Source of the DNA: Lytechinus pictus
Taxonomy: Eukaryota
Assembly: GCF_037042905.1 (NCBI RefSeq)
Contig: NC_087256.1
Span: 10,230,001 to 10,294,000 of the forward strand
Direction of reading: 5' to 3'
DNA: 64,000 nt
In this document: positions 24,745 to 37,200 of the stretch, piece by piece
Position numbering within the stretch: the first letter of the stretch is position 1
Layout of the letters: the number at the start of each line of letters is the position of its first letter
Notes under the pieces: model-generated
The model's input: the letters and a program-made list of their open reading frames with translations, nothing else
The model's database searches: none
Told to the model about the DNA's origin: nothing
Program-made: the position numbers and the translations under genes

Positions 24745-24944
24745 TAAAGGAAACCATAAGTTCAAATCCAAGGAGGGAATCAATCTGTGAAGAAAGACTA
24801 AATGAGAGAATACATTATATAATTTATAAAACATCTTCCTGTATTAAGTTACCTTAACTGAAGTGTTCACATGTAGGCCTAATGCACATTGCTTTATTAG
24901 GAAAGGACACTTTGCATGCGCGATCATACAGCCGGGTATATAAA

Positions 24945-25261
24945 TGATAAATAAATGATAAATAAATGATAAAAATGATGATAAAATGATAAATAAATGA
25001 TAATGATAAATCCATAATTTATTGTTCGAAATAGACATGAAATGAAATACTCCGAAAATTTGCTTTGCCCAATTGATCGTGGGCCCGGCAGCCCCTGTGC
25101 AGCGCCAGATCGACGAGGCTCTATCCCTTTAATCGTTGAACGCCAAACAGGGTAGCAGCAACTCCCATCTTTTGACGTCTTTTGGTCTGACGCGGCCGGG
25201 GTTTGAACCCCGACCTCCCGGTTGTGAGACGGACGCTCTACCAACTGAGCCAACACACCGG
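24945..25261 (-). mobile_element. tRNA-derived SINE
   Basis: Head with A box tggctcagttgg and B box ggttcaaacc, then a body and an AT-rich (ATCATTT-like) repeat tail. Confidence 0.75.
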
Positions 25262-25757
25262 TTGGTCTTTAATAAGATTGATTGGTATATAAAAAAGCTT
25301 AATTACACTTTTAAATCATTAATTAGTTACAATTTTAATCTAAACTACCTATCATTATGAATTATCAAGAAAAGTCAACGATAGCATGATGGATGGTGGG
25401 GGTGGTCCATCAATGTGCTCCTCCTGATCATCCTCCAGACCTCCACCCCACACATGCTGCTAATTAATTAACTCCTGATTAAGAGGGGAAACAACATTAC
25501 TTTTAAAATCTTGTGGTATGACTGTATTGCTCTCATCATAAGCTTTATTTTGACACCAAATTCAACATTGTATGTTGTATATCAGCATAGAAAATTAAAG
25601 GAATATACACTGTACCAAAAATTGTTATGGAGATGTCACAACTCCACCTATTTACCGGCCCAATTTAAAATGCATGGCCACAAGTTCTTTCTTTGTTATT
25701 TATCATTTATTGTCATGTTTGTATTACCAGACCTGATACCTACGGAACATAAATAAA

Positions 25758-25860
25758 ATGGCTGAGCAGAACAGAAGACTCAGTGGAGGAGATGGAGCTG
25801 ACCTACACAAGAGGCGTGAACTAAGAAGAGATTACAGAGAATTGATCGCTGAAACAAACA
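25758..25860 (+). CDS. NSMCE4A: Non-structural maintenance of chromosomes element 4 (Nse4/EID3 kleisin of SMC5/6), coding exon 1 of 8
   Basis: MAEQNRR..RRELRRDYRELIAET. The acceptor at 25729-25730 implies an upstream UTR exon. All 8 exons join in frame to 957 nt (318 aa). Confidence 0.85.
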
Positions 25861-26894
25861 GTAAGCACTCTACACTGTATGACATTCATGACCAGCACTT
25901 GAATTGCAATGCATATATCTTTCACTGAATTCCTGCATTAATGCTAATTTAGGATTTCACACCCAAAAAAAAATGCTGATCAATACAAATTACAAGTATA
26001 ATCAATTAATTTCCTTTATTCATGGAAATTCATTTACTGGTATCCACTATTAACATTAAAATATAAAGCATCAATAGATACAAAATATAGTACTGTACTA
26101 ATCTGTGAGTACCAACAAGATGACTTTGCAAAAAATGAAAAATAGTATACCTTCATGATTTTGCTATTATTCATTTTTATCTATATTGTTATATCCATTT
26201 TTTTTTCAAGTTATAAAAAATAATTGATTTCCAATTTGAGAAATTAGCTATAGATATTCTCTTGATCCTTCTCAAGTATACCTCTACTAATGCGTAATTG
26301 CTTTACTTCACAACTTTTCTATCATGTGGGAGTTTAAAATTCCACAAGAAACAAAATTTTCAATTTTTCAATACTTCAAAATAAGGAAGAATTGGTCAGT
26401 TGCTATTAATATATTATGTGTATTGAACATATGGAACTAAGTTTTTTATACTTTTTTTTATGTAATGATTTATACTGTTAAGAAATCTGCATTTTGGGCT
26501 AACCATATTAAAATTGAATGAATGAATTAACAAATGCTTTGTCCCGTATTCTGAAGTCCGTTTTAACTTTGGTCATGGTCTTTAATACTCTATGCTAACA
26601 TTATGGGTAGCTGAAAATGCCAAAGTCTTGATAACATTGAATGTTTTTTATGTTCACTGTTTGTTTTTGTTTTTTTTCATCTGGCTGTAATTGCATAGAG
26701 AACTACACATGATTTAGTTTTTATTCCCAGACAGTTCCGAATTATCTGAATAACTTATGAGCTGACTAGAGTTTAATCCAACTTCAGTCCAAATCATTTC
26801 AAATGCAAGGCTTTATTCATTTATTCTGTTCTTTTGGCCTCATGGGTTACATAATTGATATGAGACTCAATTCTTATTTTGTTTCATTTTACAG

Positions 26895-26975
26895 GAGAAA
26901 GTTCCGAGCTTGTTAGACCTGAATCTGATGGCCTGAGTGGGCTATTGGACCGCGGTGATGAATTATTTAGCCAAG
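26895..26975 (+). CDS. NSMCE4A: NSMCE4 coding exon 2
   Basis: AG..GT, phase 1-1. ELVRPESDGLSGLLDRGDELFSQ. Confidence 0.85.
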
Positions 26976-27477
26976 GTAAGTCAATATACTGGCATTTCAA
27001 TATGTTGATTCCTAGTATACTACCCACATGGGAAATAAAACATACCAAGACAAAGTAGAGGAGGTTTAAGGTTGACTGTGCAATTAGTCATGTAAAGACT
27101 GTTCAGATAGTGGAATGAATATTTACTGAGAACTGAAAATGAATGAGTTTTAAAGAGATTTGAAAGGCGAGGAAAAAAAAAATGAAATTGCAAAAAACTC
27201 TCAAAGGTAAAAATTCTTCATAAGGTAAAATCCTTAACACCACTTGAAAGTCACCAGAAAAGATGTATTTACTTGGAACAGATGAATTGATGAGCGATAA
27301 GATGAGGAGGCTTGATGTTCTATAAAGCAGCTTTACTGCCGCTCATCAGGCATGAGTGAGTAAGATCAGTTTTCAACCATTATTCAAAATCAACTTTTGG
27401 TCATTAAACAAGGGCATATTAAGATAGGTATTTAATTTGTTTGTATTTATATCCCTAAATTTTTGTTGTTTACTCAG

Positions 27478-27623
27478 TCACTAGACTGGCTAACAGAGCT
27501 CCGACCTTAGAAGCTGCTTTAGATGCTCAGTTCTTGAGGACAGCTGCCAGCCTTGGCTACCAGAAGGCCAAGAAACTCCATGTCGACAACACGTTTGACC
27601 CTAAGGTCTTTGTTCAAAAGCTG
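27478..27623 (+). CDS. NSMCE4A: NSMCE4 coding exon 3
   Basis: EAALDAQFL..AKKL..FDPKVFVQKL, a typical Nse4 motif. AG..GT. Confidence 0.9.
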
Positions 27624-28328
27624 GTAAGATATTAATTTGGATGTATTTGTGGGAGGATTTCTTCCATAAAAAAGTGTCATCTACTTAATTAGAGCATTGT
27701 TTCTTTGTTGTAGTTTGGTTAAGTATGAATTTTACCAGAAAATGCATTTTAAAAGAAGAAAGAAACCTGGGTCATGTCTTAGAAAGACTTGTTTTTATAA
27801 AAATTTCTGTAACAAGTTTACTAAGAGCCAATAAATTCAAATTTTATCAGTAGCTTTAAACTGTTTTTACAAATTTGTTACTATAATAGATCTCTGGTCG
27901 TTTTTAGAGAGAACAGCTTTAAAAAGATGATGTGATTGTTGAAACTTACTGTTATAAATCAATTAAACATAATTTTGTATGAATGGGAAAAGTACTAGTT
28001 AAGTATAGAGATTGGAAATCTTTCATGGTGACACTTCACCCAAGTCACAGTTAAAAGGATAAAACATCCCTGAAAAGTATGACAAAAATAATTTCCTTTT
28101 AACATTGTATATCACCAAATACTAGTACATGTACCTCCTATGAATAAGTATAGAGGTAAGAGTCCACAAAATAAGTTGAAATTTTTAATAAATGTCACGT
28201 GAGTCGCAATGAAATTTGTTTTCTCTAACCCGACCGCTGAGAAAGCTTAGGTGGTTTGATTTTTCATACTCATTAATCCACTGTCACTGAATACCAGTAA
28301 GCTTATTTCACACTTGATTCTTTAACAG

Positions 28329-28447
28329 ATAACTTTCATGGACTGTAGAAGACTTGGTAATAATATTGAGATAGAAGAAGAACATTGGATTAATTTAGGC
28401 AGAGCTGCAACACCAGCATTCCGCAATGCTACCAGCTTTCAGTTCCT
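28329..28447 (+). CDS. NSMCE4A: NSMCE4 coding exon 4
   Basis: ITFM..HWINLGRAATPAFRNATSFQFL (Nse3/MAGE-binding region). AG..GT. Confidence 0.9.
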
Positions 28448-29808
28448 GTAAGTTAACCTACAATTATCAAAGTTGGTTGTAAGAACCACTAACTCTATAA
28501 ACCCCAATCAAAATGAGATACGTCAACCAAAGTATTCCAGGTTGGGGTCCTCGGGTCAGAAAATTTCCAAGAACTCGGTGGATTGATCAATATCTTCAGG
28601 AAAGTTTTTAAACATTCATTATTTGATATATTATTACATGTGATATACAAGATCTGTGGCCTTTATTGGGTATAGTAAGTAAAAAATAGTGGTTTAGGGG
28701 GTTTTAATGGGAGACAAGACAGCAGCTGGGAACAAGAGATGGATTACCAGCGTAAATAGCGGACACTGCGTAACAATTGAACTTCTTGGCAAGATCCTTG
28801 TGGATCAATTAATCACAGGATGTGATGATTGTGTTTGACTGAAAACCAGTGCTCAACCACAACTAATACACACCTTATTCATGCTGTAATCTACTACCAT
28901 TCTCCAACTTATACACTGATATATTCCTACACAAAAAAGGCATGGAAGAATTTTTTTTACATCAAAACCACTAATTTATTCTGTACCATGACGTAAAAGA
29001 AATAGATTTTTGTATACCAAGTATTATTATTATTATATAGGAGCGATATCTGAAATGATGCTTCTGAATTTGCATAGTATGATTCATGGACACCAGTGTA
29101 CTGTATTGAGGTTTTACATGATTGTAAGCTACTGCTTTGTACACTTGATGGGTAAATCATCAAAAGCTTAGCTTTGTACATACAAGTGTATGAGCACTCA
29201 AGGAATAATATGAAAAATACAATGGTAATAAGCTTGACTACATGTAGTTCCATTGTTAACAGCTTATCACCTCCTACACAGGAGACTGTACATGTATAAT
29301 GGTATACTGTAGTAACTTAATACATAAATAAGCTCAGTACATACTCACATGTAGTAGAAAAATCTACAAAGAAATACTATTTCCTTCACATGAAGCAACC
29401 TAGAACTATCCCAAGTGTATCCAACAATCAACTTTTCAATAACAATAACACAAGACTGTACATAAACCAGTAAAACAATACAAATTACAAGAGCAGAGTT
29501 AGAGGGCTACCAAGCATGGTGCACCTCAAGAAAAAAAAGGGAAAAAAAGTGAACACTGTTAGCCGTGATGGATAAGTTTGGTCCACTAGATCTCTATGCT
29601 TGTTAGGCAGCATTTCTTTACATCCCTAGAAGGGCCTCCTGGTCAATATTGGAACCATTCCTTATTAGCAAGACATGAAAAATGCTTGAACCTCAATTGA
29701 AGTATTTTCTGTAGTGTTAAGACAAGCGATTTCTTTGATGATAATTGATTGACTGATATGACAGAGAGAGTCTAGTCTTATGGTAAATATTGTATCCCCC
29801 TATTTCAG

Positions 29809-29905
29809 GCTTGGTACCTTTGAACGTGAACCACCTCGAAAAATCCAGAGAAACAAAGATAAAAATGCTGAAGAACAAGCTGGCCCTACAACCGTTGCCA
29901 AGCAG
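29809..29905 (+). CDS. NSMCE4A: NSMCE4 coding exon 5
   Basis: LGTFEREPPRKIQR..TTVAKQ. Phase 2-0. Confidence 0.88.
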
Positions 29906-30455
29906 GTAAGTAATAATAATAATCCATTACAAATAGCCATAAATTAATTTCCATCAGAACTAGACTGATTTGATTCTGATGGAATAAGAGGTATTTGATA
30001 TAATGTGATCAAGTGGAAGTCGTTAATTTGAGAAAGCAACAAAAATCATTGAGGCTTGCTATTCACCATGCCCAACTTCATACAGGGGTGTGAAACTAAG
30101 CACAGGTCGCCAGCAACACACAGAGATTATACCTATAAGAGGAATTAAATGGTATGGTGGTTCAATTTACTTGATATCAAGAAAAAGTTGCCTTTTGGGG
30201 ATTTTTATTTCAAACTTAATCACATGGATGAATATAAGGAGGAAAATGTATGAGAGGATTGCATACCAGACTGATAACTGAACTCAAGGTGTTTATTTCA
30301 TAATTGGTTTTTTTTCAGTTATTTTCATTGGCTTATTTGCTTTCAGCCAGATGCAAGGATTTGCATTAGCTTAAACATCTGTTGGTGCAAAATCTGTGGC
30401 AAAAATTTACGTGAAACACTCCAAGATGTTTTATGCTCCCCTTTTTCCTTCAAAG

Positions 30456-30647
30456 GTCAAAGACAAGGATAAGACTCCAACTGAGGTAACTTCAGAGGAG
30501 GTTGAGAAGTTGGTGGCCATTCTGCGGCAAGTCTGTGACAGTGGTGACGGATCATATGAACCTATCTCTTACTTCGATTTGGTCATCAATCCCGAATCAT
30601 TTAGCCAAACTGTGGAGAACATTTTCCACTTATCCTTTTTGCTTAAG
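30456..30647 (+). CDS. NSMCE4A: NSMCE4 coding exon 6
   Basis: TSEEVEKL..PISYFDLVINPESFSQTVENIFHLSFLLK, the Nse4 C-terminal signature. Confidence 0.93.
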
Positions 30648-31480
30648 GTATGTCTATCCAGTGTCTTACCTGTTTTGTACTCCTATAACATGTTTCTCTT
30701 GAAATAAAGGTAATGAATGGTTTTGATAAAACCAGAAAGTTGTTTTTGCTTGGTTTCCAATTAGAGGATACATGGGAAAAAAATCTTTGATTGAAGAAAG
30801 GTTAGGGGTGATATTCTGATCAAAGACTTAATATAAATTATAGTTTCAATCACTGGTTTAAAGTCTGTCAATAGCTTGGGTTCAGTCTTCTAAATTGTAC
30901 CAGATTATCAAGTTCTTTTGCCTTAAAACCTTATACCTTAAAGGGTTTTGGGAGAGATGGTGCTTTCAATATTTAAATACTCTGTCAGCTGGAATGAAAC
31001 CAAGTTCATTTTACAATCTTTGTTTATTGATTTAGAATATATTCACTGTTTATTCAAGCAAATTTGATCCAGAAGTTGATCCAGAAGTGACTAAATTGTA
31101 TTTGAAAAAATATTAAATGTTGTATTTGCTAAAGTTCAAAATGGGTTGAAGATATCTACCAACATGCAATGTTGATTATTATCAGTAATAATAGCAGCCC
31201 GCTTGGAGAACAGTTTTCAGAACTGAAGTGGCTTCCCTGGGTAAATTTACCTATATTATTATTATTAACATGTAATGTTTTTATTATAATTACTTTCTTT
31301 CTGTAATTTGCTCTGAAGCACCTTGAGCATCTAATTAAGATGGAAAGTGTGCTGTACAAATTGCATGTGTTATTATTATTATTGAAAGTAATGCAAACGT
31401 GCATGTTTGTCATTCCAGTCAGTGTATGCCACTCTGCTTTTGTCATTCAATGTATATACCCCCCCCCCCCCCCTCATCAG

Positions 31481-31618
31481 GATGGCCATGCTAAAGTGTA
31501 CTTGGACGATGATGATCTTCCAGTCATAGTTCCTTGTATGCCATTCAGCGAAGACCAAGGAAATGAACGAGTTGCCAAGAAGCAGGTCCTGGTCTCTATT
31601 GACATGGACCAATGGAAA
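31481..31618 (+). CDS. NSMCE4A: NSMCE4 coding exon 7
   Basis: DGHAKVYLDDDDLPVIVP..KQVLVSIDMDQWK. AG..GT. Confidence 0.92.
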
Positions 31619-32174
31619 GTAAGTACCTAGCCCGAGTCCTATTCCAGAGTTGCCAATCGACTCTCCATTATTCACTCAATCCTTACAGCTGAAATTTCTC
31701 AGACATTTTGAGTCTTTGTTTTGTGCAATTATGCAATTGATCAGCTGGGTTATTTCCAAAGGCAGTGTGGACAACCATAAAATTATGACAAGATATTTTG
31801 AATATCAGATATAAACGACGATAAAAACTTTTTCCTCTTCTTGAGTCTCATACCAGTAAGAAATCATTTGTATATGAAGTTGGAATGCTTGGCTTTATCT
31901 TGAAAATTGTAGAAATTTGTGTACAGGCCAGACATATTTTATAATAATATTGATAATATGGTCCATTTATATAGTGCAAGTACTATAATTGCATATACTG
32001 TACTGTGCTTGATACTTGGTATCATATTATTACCTCGGCTGTAGCTGAGCCGCCATATAGGCAGTTCCATTTCTTCCATAAAAAGCCTTCAAGTAGTCAA
32101 AGAGAGAGTAAACTCTTAATGTAGGGTCTAATGAGTGGTCACCAAACCCTCAAGAATATCAAAAAGAAATTTAT

Positions 32175-33061
32175 ATTAATATAATAAGATATAGCATTTA
32201 TGAGGCGCTGATTTATGTAGTTTCCTATTCAGTGGCGCACTATATATTACCCCAGCTGTAGCTCCAGCTGCTTAAAGGACAAGTCCACCCCAACAAAAAG
32301 TTGATTTGAAAAAAAGGAGAAAAATTCAACAAGCAAAACACTGAAAATTTCATCAAAATCGGATGTAAAATAAGAAAGTTATGACCTTTTTAAGTTTCGC
32401 TTAATTTAACAAAACAGTTATATGCACATCCTGGTCAGTATGCAAATTGGCAGGCTGATGACGTCACCCACTCACTATTTCTTTTGTATTTTATTATATG
32501 AAAAATGAAATATTCTAATTTTCTCCTCCTTGTCAAGTGAAACAAAGTTTTATTTCTCCCTGAACATGTGGAATTACCATTATTTTAACAGTTTATGGTT
32601 AAGTTACGTTGGTCCTTCTTGTCAAATCTGTAAAAATTGAAATACTGTAATATTCAAATAATAAAAAACAAAAGAAATAGTGAGTGATGGACATCATCGA
32701 CTCTCTGATTTGCATATCGCTGAGTTGTGCATTTAACTGTTTTGTGAAAAATAAGCGAAACTTGAAAATGTCATAACTTTCTTATTTTACATCTGATTTC
32801 GATGAAATTTGCAGCGTTATATTTGTTTAATTTTTCTCTATCGATTCAAATCAATAATTTTCTGGGGTGGACTTGACCTTTAAGGCGCTTGGTGCATTTA
32901 AGGAATTAATCCTGCCGGGTACCCATTCACCTCACCTGGGTTGAGTGCAGCACAATGTGGATAAATTTCTTGCTGAATGAAAACACACCATGGCTGAGAT
33001 TCGAACCCATGTTCCTTTCATTGAAAGATGATATTCGTAATTACTAGACCACGACGCCCCC
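32175..33061 (-). mobile_element. tRNA-derived SINE interrupted by a Kolobok-like MITE
   Basis: Head ggggcgtcgtggtctagt, B box ggttcgaatc, core gcaagaaatttatccacattgtgctgcactcaacccagg. Other copies at 42549-44500, 48744-48975 and 61330-61535, and a fragment at 31943-32062. Confidence 0.75.
32276..32879. mobile_element. Kolobok-like MITE, complete
   Basis: TTAA duplication at 32272-32275 and 32880-32883. TIR aggacaagtccacccca / tggggtggacttgacct with AG termini. Confidence 0.85.
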
Positions 33062-33172
33062 ATCTATAAAACAATTGCCCCCAAAATACAATTTATTCTG
33101 ATTCATCATTGAATGATTCCGTAATATCTTATGAAAATTTATGATTGTCAATGTTTTCATCCTTCATGGCAG

Positions 33173-33253
33173 GAGCTGATTGAAGTGTTTGATATCACCG
33201 AACCTCTCATTCCAACAAGACATGAAACCAAGCAAAGGAATGGGCATCGGTAG
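33173..33253 (+). CDS. NSMCE4A: NSMCE4 coding exon 8 (stop)
   Basis: ELIEVFDITEPLIPTR..HR, then TAG. Confidence 0.9.
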   Translation, partial: ELIEVFDITEPLIPTRHETKQRNGHR

Positions 33254-33907
33254 TTTCTACTTCAGCCAAGTGAGAACTTTTCTATGAAGAAGAAGAGTAC
33301 AAAGTTGTCTATGCAAATGAAAATGAAGTGGATGCTTAGTAGCAATGTCTGTTACATTGATGCTTACTGTGGAGAAGATCTACATCAAGAACTCAACATT
33401 AAGAAACTGAAGCTTAAGAGACCTGCTCGGTTGGCCAGATAAATCTGATAGGTGAACTATTTCTTCTAGCAGTTCATGGGAAGACGAGTGTGGCAAAGAT
33501 TGAGCCACTACATCTTTCCAACGACTTTCAGACAAAAAAAACATATGAGACCTGTTTGGTGTGTTACCAAAAATATTGGATGGAAAATCTTTAGATAGAA
33601 TTTTCTTTGCTGCAGCTTATTGAGAGATAAATATGGACAGAGATGCTTTTTATCACAAGAGATGCCAAATGATGTTCTGACTATGATATTATGTCCTCTT
33701 ATACCTTTCATGAAGATACAGAGCTATTGGAGGCCAAAGAAAAACATTGTCAAATAATTTTGTGGATTGATGGTAAGGGGCTTGACTGTTTGTGACATGC
33801 AATAACAAAGATTTGAATGAATTGTCAGACCTTTGTGCTAAAATGCCAAACTTTTAACTCTTATTTCCATTATGATTTGGACCAAAACATAAGTGTGAAA
33901 ACCCCAA

Positions 33908-34219
33908 GCCCATATTCTGAAGTCTGGTTTAACTTAGACCATGGTCTAACCCTGTGCTAAAATTATGGAAAGCCACAAATTTCAGAATATTTTTTACATT
34001 GTATGTTTTTTATGTTTATTGTGCATTACCCTAACACTTTAATGAAGAAGACAACTATCTTATTCATCCTCCACAGACAGTTAAGAATGATTTGAGAGTC
34101 AAATGAGCTAGTAAATTGAACCTGTACTGTTTGAGATTTATGTCACAATTGGCTATCCATAGTGAAACCATAACTTTATGCCAGAGTTTAAATTATACCT
34201 GACTTCATTATACGGGCCC
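33908..34219. mobile_element. MITE (ggcccgtattctgaagtc-type TIR); second partial copy at about 26541-26790
   Basis: gcccatattctgaagtc.. / ..gacttcattatacgggccc inverted ends. Confidence 0.55.
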
Positions 34220-37200
34220 AAGAGTTTTGCTAGTAGTCTCGTAAAATATTTTTAGCAGATAGTGCAAAGCTACAATGAAAGTACATGTAGATCTGGATCC
34301 AGCCGGGTTAGATATAATAGTTTTTGGGAGGCCGGGTATTGTTAAAAAAAACAATATGGCACCCTAAATGGTATTGTGTCTAATCCGTCTCGGGCCACGT
34401 CTGAAAGGGGGTGGGGTTAGGGTACAGTGTTTTAGGAGCAGTGAACGAGAACAATGTCGCAGTCGTCTGATCGTTCGTGTCAACGTCGTCGTCTGCCCTT
34501 GTTCACTACAGTTGCAAATAATTTAGAATTCACTCGACATGTATGTACATCCACGTGAAACAGCGTGGGGGATGACCAGCGGTTCATGACACGCTGCCCG
34601 ACCCGGAAGATCTGGCGACCTGGTCGGGTGATGCGAAGGTGCAACTTGTGCACACTTGCCCTTTCACTTGCTCTGATTCCTTTTTACACGAGTTAGGATT
34701 TATATCGATATATATTTTGGAGATCAGAAAGCAATTTCAAATATGATTAACATAATGCATCGTACGACTTACATTAATTTTGTGAAAAGTGACTGAAAAC
34801 TGTGTTTTAAAAGGGAAAGGTTGATCTTCATGCTGAGCTTGAGCGGTTAAAATGACTTCACTCATGTGCACGTCGACTATGATTTAGGAGAACCGCAGAA
34901 TGGATGTGGCGAGGTTCTTGATTCTGATAGTCGACGTGCGTGAGGACCTGAGGCATATGGAAGGCCAAAAAATGACGTCATCTCATATCAGTCGTCTATG
35001 TCGACGTACGATTCTAAAAGTGCTCACTGTTGTGCATATTAATTAGTTTGAGCTACTATTTCATTTATTGTGTTATATCCTATCAAGCATGTGTTCATTG
35101 GTTTGTACCCACTTGGTCTACCGGTAGATGGTCTAATTCTCAGATTGTCTCACACTGTTGTATCAGTTTGGTCCAATTTCCACTTGGCCTAATATTCATT
35201 TTGGATACATATCATGTAGTCTAATGCATAGATGGTCTAATTTCAACTTCATCTATTACTTTACCACATTTAGTCTTATAAAAATTTCATAAGTACTAGA
35301 CTAAGTGGATATTACATGAAAATTGACATACATGTATCCTATTGAAAATTAGACAGAATGGTCATTGGGTTTTAAACGTGGCAATTAAACCAAATGGAAA
35401 GTAGACCAAGTCATCTCTACATGCATAATGACTGGGTGATGTATTCATGTACCTTGGGCCAACAGTGTAAAGAATATTTTTCATATGTTTTAACCATTGT
35501 TGTGTAGTCTACAAATAACAAAATATTCCATGCAGCCTGCGTAATGTTTTTTGCGTGATCACAACATTCATGTACAACGCCCACAACCGTGAATTGATTC
35601 AAACATTAAAATTCAAACAAATTAGCAGATCTCACAAAATGAATGTCTCTGCATGGAAACTGCACTGTGGAGATGCTCTCTTTCCCTCTTACTGGTACTG
35701 TAAGTCAGGTGAATTTACCTAAGTTTAGTTTTTTTGGACCACAAAAATCTGTTTCATTTAGAAGAAATTTGTTTGAAGACGTAAAGGCTTGCTTAATTTC
35801 TTGCGTGAAAATGCACTTCTAGTTGTTTACAAATATTTCTGTCTTATGATTCATTATAGAGTATTACATTCTAAAATGTATCACTTATTCTTAGATATTG
35901 TCTTTTACTACGTTTTTCTTCCAATTACAAAAACAGTACTCTTAGTGGCTTGTTCAGATGTTACTCTGCAAACTCTTTCAAAAAATAAGTGAATTAAAAT
36001 GAAATAGATAAGAAATGAACTACGAATAATGTGATGAAATGAAATAATGTGCTACCAATGCAGAAGATATTCTATCCATCATTTTGCTGCAAAAAAAGGT
36101 GTACCAACTCGTCAAAAATATTCCTTTCAAAATGTGTCAGTCTGTTTTACTTTAAGGGGATGCAATATTGCACTTCATCAAACATCTGAACAACTAAATA
36201 ATCACTTGGATTTGGTGGGTCAAAACTGAAATTATGCCATAACTTGTGTATGTTGTGACCCATGCGGTGTTTAACAAAGAAATAGGTCTAACTAAAAGTC
36301 ATGCTTAAGTGCTAACTCCCACATGTTATTTTATGTGTAATGATATGTATACTACAACTTATTTAAGGATGATTTTTAGTCGCCCTTTAATCTCTTTGAA
36401 ACAACCACAGGTCAGCAACACATATCTTTCTGTTTACTTACTATGTGCCTTATATCGCCTGTATATAAAAGTTGTAAATGTGTTATATTAGATTTAGATC
36501 TTTCATAAATTTGTATATTGAGCAATATAAACTGTTTTAAAAGAAATTGTTGGACTACTGTAAGAATGTTTATTTCAAATCTTCCTATGATTCAGGGCCT
36601 TTCACAGAAGGAATTACAGTCAATCTTAATTCTAAACTTCAATCGCACTTTGATATTTCCTCAAATCAGGAGAATGCATTTGGAACTTGCATTTGATATA
36701 TCAAACGCAAAATCAAAACTTTCAAAAGTGAACTCCTAATTGAGTTTGATAATGTTATATACTTTAGAATTATATATTTGGTGTTGGTTTGAATGAAGAG
36801 ATATCCCCCCCCCCCCACATGATGAGTCATTTGAAATTCTCACCATAATTGCCAAGTGGTATTCCTTTAAAGGCATAGTCCACCGTAACATGGAATTGAA
36901 TTTGATCCATGAACAAATAGATAGAAATATAACAAGCGTATTTAGCCCTAGGCAAAAAGTAGTGGTATGAGCCCCTTTCCCCCTAAAAAGGTGAGTTCCT
37001 CTGCTGTTTGCCCCCCCCCCAAAAAAAGAAATAATAATAATAATAATAATAAATGAATAAATAGATAAATAAAATAAATGAATAAGAGATTACAAATAAA
37101 TAGATACAAATTAAAACTTGAAAAAAATATATTAATAGTAATAATAATAATAAAAATGATAAAAATAATAGTAATATAGTGTGAATGAATGAAGGAAGGA

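Noticed and set aside
25185-25261. tRNA gene on the minus strand
   Set aside because: It runs into a SINE body and simple-repeat tail, so it is treated as a SINE head.
28810-28850. C/D-box snoRNA in an NSMCE4 intron (gtgatga..ctga)
   Set aside because: The boxes are too close together and there is no terminal stem.
34380-35025. GC-richer block that might be an exon or a piggyBac-like element
   Set aside because: No ORF, paired TIR or TSD could be established.
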